Below the pieces are notes generated by a model that saw nothing but the letters and a program-made list of their open reading frames with translations, did not search any database and had not been told where the DNA came from. A program made the position numbers and the translations under genes. DNA of 64,000 nucleotides from Polyangiales bacterium (lineage in GTDB: Bacteria > Myxococcota_A > Polyangia > Polyangiales > Polyangiaceae): positions 96,001-160,000 of the forward strand of contig JBBRNJ010000001.1 in NCBI GenBank assembly GCA_038230375.1, written 5' to 3'. Positions within the stretch are counted from its first letter, which is position 1, and the number at the start of each line of letters is the position of its first letter. Positions 51,504 to 60,198 of the stretch are shown one piece after another.

Positions 51504-53542
51504 TGCGCACCTCCCATGCTGCCGCCGTGCACGTTCTCCACGGGGGGCGGGCCCTTCGGTGCGCCTGCTCCGCCGTCCGTTCCGCCACGCCATGCATCGC
51601 CGCTCAGGTTGTTGGAGCGACGGTACTCCGGCGTGCGCATGATCTCTGCCACCAGCACGCGCATCTTGTAGCCGTGCTTCGTGAAGTCCTGCGTGAGCTC
51701 CGCGAGCATGGGCGCGTCATCCGGCGTGGTCTGCCTGCCAAGGAAAGACGACGTCACGCGCGAAACGGCGCACGACGCAAACTCCGGGCTCTCCGCGATC
51801 TCGTGGGCCGCGCCCGCGGGTGTCGCGTCGGCGTGGGCCGGCGAGCCGTAGGCGCTGCGAAGCGTGGCGCTGGTGTTGTCGGCGAACGCGGGATCGTAGA
51901 GCGCGGTGCAGGACCCGCTCATCTTGCCGTTCTTGTCCTTCTTGCACACTGCGTTCTGCACCGGGAACTGCGTCTGCGGCAGGAACACGAAGCTGCCCGG
52001 CTCCACGCGGGCGAAGTACGCCGCGAGCGGCTCCAGCGTCGCGTGACAGGTGGAGCAGCCAGGCCGCTTCATGAGGTTTGGCTCCGTGGACGGTGTGAGC
52101 TGCGCGGAGCTGTCTGCCACGAACGACTTGCAGAGGAACGCGTTGTAGAGGAGCGCGCCGCGAGCCCGCGCAGACGCGTACTTCTCCAGGAACATGGGCA
52201 TGGTGAGGATGCCCGCGGCGTGCGGCCCGCGATCGGGGACGAGGCGCCACGTGCCCGTGTCGTGTGGGCGGAGATCCGCGGGGACCTTGTGCGGGTCGAA
52301 GAGCGGCTCGCCCTCTTCCGTCATGCCGAACCCGGTCTCGGGTCCGCAGCAGTTGCCGCGCTGCACGCTTCCGTAGAACTGCGCGAGTGGTCCGTTCACG
52401 AACGTGTGGCGGCCAGTGAGGATCTCGCGGAAGTCACGGTCCTCGCCGAAGAGATCTTCCAGGAACGCGAGCGCCTCGCGCGCCCACCAGTGCGGGAACC
52501 AGCGTTGCGCCTGCTGTCGTACGCTGTCGATGGGCTCCTGCGGGCCGAGCGGCGTGTGATTCGGGAAGTAGAACGCCGCAGGCCCGTTCTGATCACTGTC
52601 GCCGGGGACGCAGCGCGAGAGCCCTTTCCCGCAGCCGCAATCCGCAGCGCTCGTGAGCGCGAGCTTGCTGGCGCAGCCCACGGGCTCGCCCTTGTGCTTC
52701 TGCGCGTAGCCAGAGTCGAGCACGAGCGGGCGCACGCGGCTGCCCGGCAGCTTCGGCGGTTGCTTCGTCTTGCCGGTGGCGAGGATGTGTCCGTTCTCCG
52801 CTTCCTGCGCCTCTTCGCGGCACACGCGGATCTGGATGACCGGTTTGCCGTCGGCTCCACTGACCAGCGCTTCGACCGGTCTGTACTCCGGATCGGCGTC
52901 GTTCCACGTGGCCTGGTAGCGCCGCTCTGGTGTCGGTGCGTCGTAGTCCTTGTAGAGCCACCACGGCTTCACGAGCACGGTCGCGTCGTCGAGCGCCTTC
53001 TTCGGCACTGGCTTCTTCGAGTCGGCGTCGTTGATGCGCATGCGCGGACGGATCGGCACGCCCGTCTCTGCGGGGCTCAGGCAGAATTCGCCGTCCACCT
53101 CCTCGCGCGCGCGCCGCTGCCCTTCGCGGTAGTAGATCCACTCGGGCTTGCCGTCGGGGCCGATGATCTCGTGGCGGAGCAGCTGCGCGGGCGTGGTGGC
53201 AAAGTTGGCGTTCGGCTCCAGGCGCAGCAGGTCCATGTAGATGCGCGTGAGCCGCTCCGAGTAGCCGGGCCCGATCAGGTGGGCGCGCACGAACGCGTCG
53301 TAGTCGAACTCCGGACTCTCGAAAGCAGCGAGCTCGTCACGCGTGGGCATGCGCCCCGTCAGATCGATCGTGGCTATACGAAAGTGCCTGTAGTCATCCA
53401 AGGTCTTCTCACGAGGAGGCGCAGCTTTGGCAGGCGCTGGCGCTGGTGGCGGCGCGCTCTCTGCCTGGCGCGCGAGTGAAAGCGCGAGGAGCGCGGATAG
53501 ACACATGCACGTGAGAAGGACGCGGGTGGCTCTCTGTTTCAA
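51500..53542 (-). CDS. Exported PSD/PSCyt-type (DUF1549/DUF1588/DUF1585-like) c-type cytochrome
   Basis: IDLTGRMPT, D.DFREILT, AGILT, CSTCH..LEPLA, F.SC.V.R....FLGR; multiple extra Cys; start re-picked at TTG. Confidence 0.75.
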   Translation of the reverse strand: MKQRATRVLLTCMCLSALLALSLARQAESAPPPAPAPAKAAPPREKTLDDYRHFRIATIDLTGRMPTRDELAAFESPEFDYDAFVRAHLIGPGYSERLTRIYMDLLRLEPNANFATTPAQLLRHEIIGPDGKPEWIYYREGQRRAREEVDGEFCLSPAETGVPIRPRMRINDADSKKPVPKKALDDATVLVKPWWLYKDYDAPTPERRYQATWNDADPEYRPVEALVSGADGKPVIQIRVCREEAQEAENGHILATGKTKQPPKLPGSRVRPLVLDSGYAQKHKGEPVGCASKLALTSAADCGCGKGLSRCVPGDSDQNGPAAFYFPNHTPLGPQEPIDSVRQQAQRWFPHWWAREALAFLEDLFGEDRDFREILTGRHTFVNGPLAQFYGSVQRGNCCGPETGFGMTEEGEPLFDPHKVPADLRPHDTGTWRLVPDRGPHAAGILTMPMFLEKYASARARGALLYNAFLCKSFVADSSAQLTPSTEPNLMKRPGCSTCHATLEPLAAYFARVEPGSFVFLPQTQFPVQNAVCKKDKNGKMSGSCTALYDPAFADNTSATLRSAYGSPAHADATPAGAAHEIAESPEFASCAVSRVTSSFLGRQTTPDDAPMLAELTQDFTKHGYKMRVLVAEIMRTPEYRRSNNLSGDAWRGGTDGGAGAPKGPPPVENVHGGSMGGAH

Positions 53543-53552
53543 GGACGCTCCA

Positions 53553-54932
53553 TCATCTGGTGACGATCGACGGGCATCGTACCAGCACCTCTGCCGCTGC
53601 ACGTTCCCCGGAAGAGAGCGCGCCGTCGATATAGCCGCTCCACACGGTCGCGGTCTCCGTGCCGGCCCAGTGCACCCTGCCGCTTGGCTCGCGCAGGGAT
53701 GGTCCGAGCTCGGTCCAGACACCGGGCGGCATGAACGCGCCGTAGCAACCACCAGACCAGGCGTCGTTCTCCCAAACGTGATCGTGATAGCCGATGACGC
53801 CGTGCGCGCGCGGCCCGTAGAAGCGCGCAAGGTTGTCGAGCGCCGCCTTCTTGCGACCGTCGGCGTCGAGCTTGCCCATCGCGCGCGCTGCGTCGGACTC
53901 GCAGAAGCCCATGAGGACACCGCATGGCGGCCCGCCGCCGGCGACGTTTGGCGGCGAGTTGTCGAACGCCACGTGAATGGGTCCTTCGTCGGACACCACC
54001 ATCCCGGAGAGCCCTTCGTCACGCCAGAACGGTCGCTCGTAGATCGCCGTGTGCTTGATCACCGCACCCATCGGCATCTTCGTGACGAGCTTCCTGCGCG
54101 CTTCTGGCAGCACGGGCGAGAAGTCGATCTCGGAGACCAGCTTCGGCGGGGCGGCGACGATCACGTAGCGCGCCATGAGCTCACCGCCGTCGAACGACAC
54201 GCGACAGTGATCGCCCTCTTGTTGAATCCGCCGCACCGGCGATGACAGCCGCACGTCGATGCCCTCTGCGAGCTTCTCTGCGACGGGCTGCATACCACCT
54301 TGCACGCGCTCGGCCTGGGCCGCGCCATCCGTGCCCAGGAGCATGTCCAGGTTCTTGCCGGAATGGATGTAGAACAGGACGTGGAGCAGCGACATCTCGC
54401 GCGCGGGCGCGGCGAACACCGTCTCCAGCGCGGCCTCGAGCAGGTGCCGAGCAGCGTCCGTGCGGACGTGCACGCGCAGCCAGTCGTCGAAGGTGCGCGC
54501 ATCCCACTCCTTCGCACGCGCGGCCTTCCACGGCGCGTCCAGCGGCACCGTCTTCGCCAGGCGGTCGAGCAGGAACTGCGCGTAGCCCACGTTGAGCAGC
54601 GACAGGATCGGCAGCCGCGGAATGGTGCCGCGGTACCGCGACTTTTTCCCCGACACCACCAGCAGGTTCTGGCCCGTGGTCCATGTCTTGAACGTGCGCG
54701 CGCCTTGCTCGCGAAGCAGCGCGAGGATCTTTTCCTGCGTGGGCCCGACCCATTGCCCGCCAAGGTCCACCCACGGAACCTCCTTTGGCTTCGTGGTGTA
54801 GACGCGACCACCCACGCGGTCGCGCGCCTCCAGTACGGTCGCCTTCTTGCCGCCGCGTTCGAGCGCGCGTGCGGCCGAGAGCCCCGCGAACCCCGCTCCC
54901 ACCACCACAACGTCGAGCTCCACGTCACTCAT
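53553..54932 (-). CDS. Flavin-containing monoamine oxidase family protein
   Basis: VGAGFAGL, LEARDRVGGR, DLGGQW, WSGGCY, HWAGTET, GYIDGA..SGERAA. Confidence 0.93.
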   Translation of the reverse strand: MSDVELDVVVVGAGFAGLSAARALERGGKKATVLEARDRVGGRVYTTKPKEVPWVDLGGQWVGPTQEKILALLREQGARTFKTWTTGQNLLVVSGKKSRYRGTIPRLPILSLLNVGYAQFLLDRLAKTVPLDAPWKAARAKEWDARTFDDWLRVHVRTDAARHLLEAALETVFAAPAREMSLLHVLFYIHSGKNLDMLLGTDGAAQAERVQGGMQPVAEKLAEGIDVRLSSPVRRIQQEGDHCRVSFDGGELMARYVIVAAPPKLVSEIDFSPVLPEARRKLVTKMPMGAVIKHTAIYERPFWRDEGLSGMVVSDEGPIHVAFDNSPPNVAGGGPPCGVLMGFCESDAARAMGKLDADGRKKAALDNLARFYGPRAHGVIGYHDHVWENDAWSGGCYGAFMPPGVWTELGPSLREPSGRVHWAGTETATVWSGYIDGALSSGERAAAEVLVRCPSIVTR

Positions 54933-56221
54933 GCGGGCAACCCATCGCGGCGCGATTGCACGCGCCAGAACATGTCGAACGGCGTGGGAGGCGTGCGCGG
55001 CCTCTGCGCGGAGACGCGGTCTTTCCAGACCTTCGCGAGCTCACCGTGCTCCGCGAAGAGCGCAGAGGCCTCCGCCACACTCGTGGCGCAGAGGGCGCGG
55101 CTTTCCAGCGCACGGCGCTCGGTCTCGAAGGTCTGGCGACGTCGCTCGTAGTCGCGAAGCACCGCGCGGTGTAGCGCCTCTGCACGCCAGAAGAGGCTCC
55201 ATGGGTCGAAGCGATGCGCATCCGGAAACGGCCCCGTGTCCACCCGCCCGCGGCCGAGCGGCACCGGCTTCAGCACGCTCAGGCATGGCGCGCTCGTCCC
55301 CGTCAACCAGTGCCGGCTCTCGTTCGCGTGGGTGGTCGGGTGCCGCGCCAGACGGCTCACCTGTGTGGCAGTGGTCTGCCCGGCCGCACGCGTGGGGAGG
55401 AACGAAGCATGCGCGCAGGGCGCGGTGATGCGCGCGCCTGCCTTCACGGAGCGCCCTGCGTGGTCGCGCAATGCAGAGAGCATGGTGGGCATGTCCATCG
55501 GCTGCGCAGCGGCAAGCGCACGAGCCGTACATGCACGCCGCGCGTGACCGCCGGACAGAAAGCCCATGACGGACTTGCCGAAGGCGCGGGCGAAGTCGAA
55601 GGTCTCGCCGCTGCGAAGCAAGCCCAGGTGCCGGGCGGTCTCGATCGTCTTGTCTCCCACACGCGTGTAGTCTGCACCTATTGTGAGCACGTTCGACGTG
55701 GTGCGAACACCCCTTGTGACGCGCTCCGCTGCCCACGAGGCGCCGGCGGTCTCCAGGAGCCACGCTTCGCCCGGGTCCGCCAGCACGAACGAGTTGTGGT
55801 ACGCGAAGCGCTTGTCGCGATGCCCGGCGGGCCCGCCCTGGCCGTAGCGATCGATGAGGTGCGTGATGAGGTGGAGCGCGTCCTCCGCGGAGCTGCACCG
55901 CTCGAGCGCGAGCCGCACCAGGTCCATGCCGAGCAGCCCCACGTCCGCGACCGGAACCTTGGTGAAGACGGCCTCGTTGCCGATCGCGAGCCCGTGCTCG
56001 TTCGCGCCCATCTCCGCGCCCCACATCCATGCGGGTCGGGACAGCACGACCTCGTTCGTGAGCGGCACCTGCTCCACGTCGATATAGGTGGTCTGCAATC
56101 GCGCCGTGCGCGCGCGCGATGGCAGGAGGTGCTGGACCGCCTGCGCCTCCCCCGGCTCGCGATCACTGTTCTTTCCGAACCAGACGGCGCCCGGCTCGAC
56201 GGCGACGAACGTGTCGCACAT
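54929..56221 (-). CDS. Peptidase C69/secernin-like Ntn hydrolase
   Basis: N-terminal MCDT nucleophile, KNSDRE, WMWGAEMGANEHG, LLGMDLVRLALER, YHNSF. Confidence 0.9.
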   Translation of the reverse strand: MCDTFVAVEPGAVWFGKNSDREPGEAQAVQHLLPSRARTARLQTTYIDVEQVPLTNEVVLSRPAWMWGAEMGANEHGLAIGNEAVFTKVPVADVGLLGMDLVRLALERCSSAEDALHLITHLIDRYGQGGPAGHRDKRFAYHNSFVLADPGEAWLLETAGASWAAERVTRGVRTTSNVLTIGADYTRVGDKTIETARHLGLLRSGETFDFARAFGKSVMGFLSGGHARRACTARALAAAQPMDMPTMLSALRDHAGRSVKAGARITAPCAHASFLPTRAAGQTTATQVSRLARHPTTHANESRHWLTGTSAPCLSVLKPVPLGRGRVDTGPFPDAHRFDPWSLFWRAEALHRAVLRDYERRRQTFETERRALESRALCATSVAEASALFAEHGELAKVWKDRVSAQRPRTPPTPFDMFWRVQSRRDGLPA

Positions 56222-56227
56222 GACAGG

Positions 56228-56662
56228 TCAGACCGTGACGCCTTCCTCGCGGAGGTAGGGCGCCACCTTCGCGCGGAAGTCCTCCGAGAAGGGCATGGGC
56301 TTGCGCGTCTTCGGGTCCACGCAGACGATCACGCGGCTGCCCCGCGCAAAATCGATGTCCTCGTCCATGGGGAGGATGCGGAAGCCGAACGTCAGGCTGG
56401 TCTTGCCCAGCTTGTCGACCCAGATGCGCACGCGCACCTCGCCGATGTTCGTGACCGGACGGAGGTATTCGATCTGGTTCGTGCGAACCAGATGGAAGCG
56501 GTCCGGATTGCTCGGACCGTCAAGGCCCATCCAGCCCATCGCCTTGCTCCAGAACGAACCGATGGTGCGCTCGAACAGGAGAAGGTAGCGCGCATTGTGG
56601 AGGATCTGCAGCGCGTCGAGGTCGTCGAAGTAGACGCCGTGAATGGCTTCGTGGAACCGCAT
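56228..56662 (-). CDS. Acyl-CoA thioesterase (4HBT/YbgC hot-dog fold)
   Basis: DLD...HNARY...ER, IEYLRP, LGKTSLTF. Confidence 0.85.
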   Translation of the reverse strand: MRFHEAIHGVYFDDLDALQILHNARYLLLFERTIGSFWSKAMGWMGLDGPSNPDRFHLVRTNQIEYLRPVTNIGEVRVRIWVDKLGKTSLTFGFRILPMDEDIDFARGSRVIVCVDPKTRKPMPFSEDFRAKVAPYLREEGVTV

Positions 56663-56788
56663 GGCTCGTTCGTTTCTAACACCGGCGCCTCACCGATGCC
56701 CGTCGAAGAACGAAGCAAAGACACGACGGGAGCAGGGCCGCGCACCCGAGCCCCGACACGAGCGTGAAGACGCGGAGCGCCCGCATCT

Positions 56789-59182
56789 CTACTTCTTGAC
56801 GTACGGCTTCTTCGGGCCCGGGGTGTATTCCTTGGGACGCGGGTAGCCGCCGCCGCCGGTCTTCGGCTTGCCGAAGCCACCACCCTCGGGACGCTTTCCG
56901 AACCCGCCAGCAGCCGGCTTCTTGCCAAAGCCACCACCACCACCACCGCCGCTAGGCTTCTTTCCGAAGCCGCCGCTCTTCGGCTTGTACGGACCGTCGG
57001 GCCGCTTGTGCGCCTGCGGGCGATCGTCGTGCACGCGCGGGCGCGGCGCGTCGTCATTGGCGCGCGGGCGCGGCTGGTATTCGCTCTTCTCGATCCGGGG
57101 ACGCGAGACACGCTCCTTCGGGCTCGAGGGTGCGTCCGCCTCGTCGCTGACCTTGGATCGCGACACGCGCTCCTTCGGGCTCGAAGGTGCGTCCACGTCG
57201 TCGCTCACCTTGGAACGCGATATGCGCTCCTTCGGGCTCGGAGGCGCATCGACTTCGTCGCTCACCTTCGGACGGGACACGCGCTCCGTCCGCGGCTTGG
57301 ACTCGGTCTCCACGATCACGGGCTTCGGCCGCGGGATGTATTCACCGCGAGGCTTGTCGAACGGACGCGGCGCGCGAGAACCAGAAGGCTTGTCGAACGC
57401 GCGAGGCGCCGGCCGCTCGTCGCGTGGACCACGATCACCTTGCTCTTGGTCGCGGTCCTGACGCGATTCCGGACCTCGCTCGGCCATGCTCCCGCCCTGT
57501 CGCGAGATCGTGACGCGCGGGTCGCGCGGGTCCGGGATGCCGGTCTTGGCAGCGAACGCCTCTGCCGCGGTCTCCGCGACGTCGACGATGGAGTACATGG
57601 GCGCGACATGGATGGAGCCCACGTCGTTGCTCTGGATCTCGCCGCGGCGACAGACCATCGCGAGCACGCGACGAACCTCGGCGCCGTGCACCTTGCCCCA
57701 AGACACGCGGAAGGGCACCCAGCGGGCGTCCGGATTGCGCGCACGACGCGGAGCCAGATCACGCGCTGGCGGGCCGCGATCGTCGCGCCCATCCCTGCCA
57801 TCGCGCGCGTCGAAGTTGTTGCGCGGATCGGGCTTGTGCATCTCGATGGGCATCACGTCGCGCGGCTCCGGGCGCTTGCCGCGGATGCGCATGACCAGAC
57901 GACCGACGGCCAGCTCCGCTTCTTCCGATGCGAGCAGCTTGCGCGCAAGGGCGAGCGCGCGCGGGTCGGGCTCGTTCGCATTTCCGGAGGCCTCGGGCGC
58001 GAGCAGCTCGCCGGCGAGCTTCTCGTCCTCGCGGGCGCGGATCTTGTTCGCGTCGGGGACCTGCCCGCGCGTGAACGTGACGCCAGCGCGACGGAGGAGC
58101 ATGGTGGCGCGGGCAAGGCCGCTGGGCGTCAGGATGAGCGAGCTCCGGCCCTTCTTCCCGGCGCGTCCGGTGCGGCCGCTGCGGTGCGTGTAGCTATCCG
58201 GATCGTCGGGCGGGTCTGCGTGGATGACCTGCGCGATGTCGACCACGTCAATGCCGCGCGCCGCGACGTCCGTGGCGACGAGCGCGTCCAGGTCGCCGCG
58301 CTTGAAGGCGGCGAGCGCGCGATTCCGCTCGCGCTGCTCCATCTCACCCGAGAGCGAATCCATGGAAAAACCAGCCTCTGCGAGCCGGCGAGTGATCGCC
58401 GCAACGTCGGCGCGGGTGCGCGCGAAGATGAGCGTCTGGTCGCCCGGGTTCTCGAGCAAGAGGTTCACGATGGCGTCGAATCGCTCGTGGACGTGGACCG
58501 TATAGATCACGTGCTCGATGTCGGCGTTCGCGCGACCGATGGGCGTGCCCTCGACATTGACGACGCTGTTCTGGACCGCGTCAGCCAGCGCGCGGACCTC
58601 ACGGGGGAACGTGGCGGACACGAGGTGCGTGCGGCGTCCCTCTGGCAGCGAGCCCAGGATGGACTCGATGTCTTCGCGGAAGCCAAGGTCGAGCATGCGA
58701 TCCGCTTCGTCCAGGACGGCAGCGCGCAGGTCGGAGGTGTCGATGCCTCCACGGTTGAGATGGTCCAGCAAGCGTCCCGGCGTGCCGACGATGATCGCGG
58801 GGCCGCCAACGAACGCGCGCATCTCATCGCGGTAGCCGCCACCGCCGGTGACGCTCATCACCTTTGCGCCGAGCGGCGCGAAGAGCCAGCGCAGCTCTTC
58901 TTCCACTTGCTTCGCGAGCTCACGCGTAGGCACCACGAAGAGCGCGCGCGGACGCGCCTTGCCGGCGGCCGCAGGCGTGGGCTCACCAAGGAACGAGCGA
59001 AGGGCAAGACCAATGGCGACGGTCTTCCCGGATCCAGTCTGCGAGCTGACGCGAAGATCGTGGGAGATCGCGTCCTCCAGGAGGATCGCCTCCTGGACCG
59101 GTGTGAGATCGGCAAACCCCCGTTTCTCCAGAGCCTCCGTCAGTGCGGGCCCGAGGGTTTCCTTGATTTCTTCACGAAGCAT
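56789..59182 (-). CDS. DEAD-box RNA helicase (DeaD/CsdA-like, with DbpA-type RNA-binding domain)
   Basis: TPVQ, QTGSGKT, PTRELA, TPGR, DEAD, SAT, TDVAARGID, HRSGRTGRAG; basic/Gly-rich tail. Confidence 0.93.
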   Translation of the reverse strand: MLREEIKETLGPALTEALEKRGFADLTPVQEAILLEDAISHDLRVSSQTGSGKTVAIGLALRSFLGEPTPAAAGKARPRALFVVPTRELAKQVEEELRWLFAPLGAKVMSVTGGGGYRDEMRAFVGGPAIIVGTPGRLLDHLNRGGIDTSDLRAAVLDEADRMLDLGFREDIESILGSLPEGRRTHLVSATFPREVRALADAVQNSVVNVEGTPIGRANADIEHVIYTVHVHERFDAIVNLLLENPGDQTLIFARTRADVAAITRRLAEAGFSMDSLSGEMEQRERNRALAAFKRGDLDALVATDVAARGIDVVDIAQVIHADPPDDPDSYTHRSGRTGRAGKKGRSSLILTPSGLARATMLLRRAGVTFTRGQVPDANKIRAREDEKLAGELLAPEASGNANEPDPRALALARKLLASEEAELAVGRLVMRIRGKRPEPRDVMPIEMHKPDPRNNFDARDGRDGRDDRGPPARDLAPRRARNPDARWVPFRVSWGKVHGAEVRRVLAMVCRRGEIQSNDVGSIHVAPMYSIVDVAETAAEAFAAKTGIPDPRDPRVTISRQGGSMAERGPESRQDRDQEQGDRGPRDERPAPRAFDKPSGSRAPRPFDKPRGEYIPRPKPVIVETESKPRTERVSRPKVSDEVDAPPSPKERISRSKVSDDVDAPSSPKERVSRSKVSDEADAPSSPKERVSRPRIEKSEYQPRPRANDDAPRPRVHDDRPQAHKRPDGPYKPKSGGFGKKPSGGGGGGGFGKKPAAGGFGKRPEGGGFGKPKTGGGGYPRPKEYTPGPKKPYVKK
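57100..57290 (-). repeat. 57-nt (19-aa) coding tandem repeat, 3+ copies
   Basis: cgctccttcgggctcg at 57111, 57168, 57225; unit ERVSRxKVSDExDAPxSPK. Confidence 0.85.
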
Positions 59183-59245
59183 CCGCGCTTCCGTAGCACG
59201 ATGCAGGCTTTTCCGTGGTCACATTGCGCCGGGGCGGCACGAGAG

Positions 59246-60040
59246 TCAGTGGAAGAACTCGCCCGTCTTCGGACGCGGAAGCGCGTGCGTGAGCGCTCCG
59301 GTCTTCGCATCGAACACGAAGAGGCCACCATCCAGGTACCAGGGCGCGACGACGACGCGGTCGCCGCCGGCATCCGAGAGGCCCAGGATCATGCCGCCGT
59401 AGCCCTTCAATGCGATCGCGTTGGTCGCGCTGCCCGTGCTCGTGGACAGATGGAGCAGCTTGTCGAGCTGGAATGCAGTGCCCAGCAGTGTGCCGTCGGG
59501 CGCGGGCGCGAGGCGATTGGCCTTTCGCTCGTCCAGGGCGACAGAGCCGTTCTTGTGATGCGCCTTCACCGCGGCGAAATCGCCATAGCGCGACAGGCGT
59601 CCCTCTGACGCCACCCACACGGACGTGGCATCCGCCGTCACCGCGTCGCACGCAACGTCGGTCTGCTCCGCCTTGCCGTCGGCGAGGCCAATACGGACCA
59701 CCGTGTTCGCGCACGTGAGCAGCGAGTCGCCCTGGATGCCGATCGACGAAGCGTCCCCGACGATGTCCGCGTCCACCTGCGGGCCGAGCGCGATGGTGCC
59801 AGCAGGCAGCGTCACCTCCGCGAGGTGCTCCGTGATGCCATGCGAGACGAACGTCGTGCAGACGATCGTGTCCTGTCCCGGCGTCTCTGCGAGCGTCGGG
59901 TCGACGGTGGTCGCCGTGGGATGCTCCGTTGCATCGGGCTGCCCGCTGCAGCCCCCGAGAACGAGCAGCGCTGCGATGGACACGAGGACCGCGAGTCCTC
60001 CCTGCTGCCTTCGTTCGATCATCGACATCCACACGAGCAA
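59246..60040 (-). CDS. Hypothetical beta-rich lipoprotein
   Basis: LGGC lipobox; propeller-like strands; start uncertain. Confidence 0.6.
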   Translation of the reverse strand: MLVWMSMIERRQQGGLAVLVSIAALLVLGGCSGQPDATEHPTATTVDPTLAETPGQDTIVCTTFVSHGITEHLAEVTLPAGTIALGPQVDADIVGDASSIGIQGDSLLTCANTVVRIGLADGKAEQTDVACDAVTADATSVWVASEGRLSRYGDFAAVKAHHKNGSVALDERKANRLAPAPDGTLLGTAFQLDKLLHLSTSTGSATNAIALKGYGGMILGLSDAGGDRVVVAPWYLDGGLFVFDAKTGALTHALPRPKTGEFFH

Positions 60041-60198
60041 GGGCCGTTCCGCTCGCCCCCATGCTCGATTTGCCGTGGTTTACGAGGATAGCGACACCGC
60101 ACGCAGGCCGCAGTGGATCGACATCGTGAGGGCCGCAGTGCTCACCAACCTCCGAGAAAACAAGCGCGAAACACTTGTTACAGGCGTGCGCAACCGCC

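Noticed and set aside
51503..53479. 658-aa + strand ORF
   Set aside because: Antisense shadow of the cytochrome gene; no motifs
57008..59608. 866-aa + strand ORF
   Set aside because: Antisense shadow of the DEAD-box helicase, expected at this GC content
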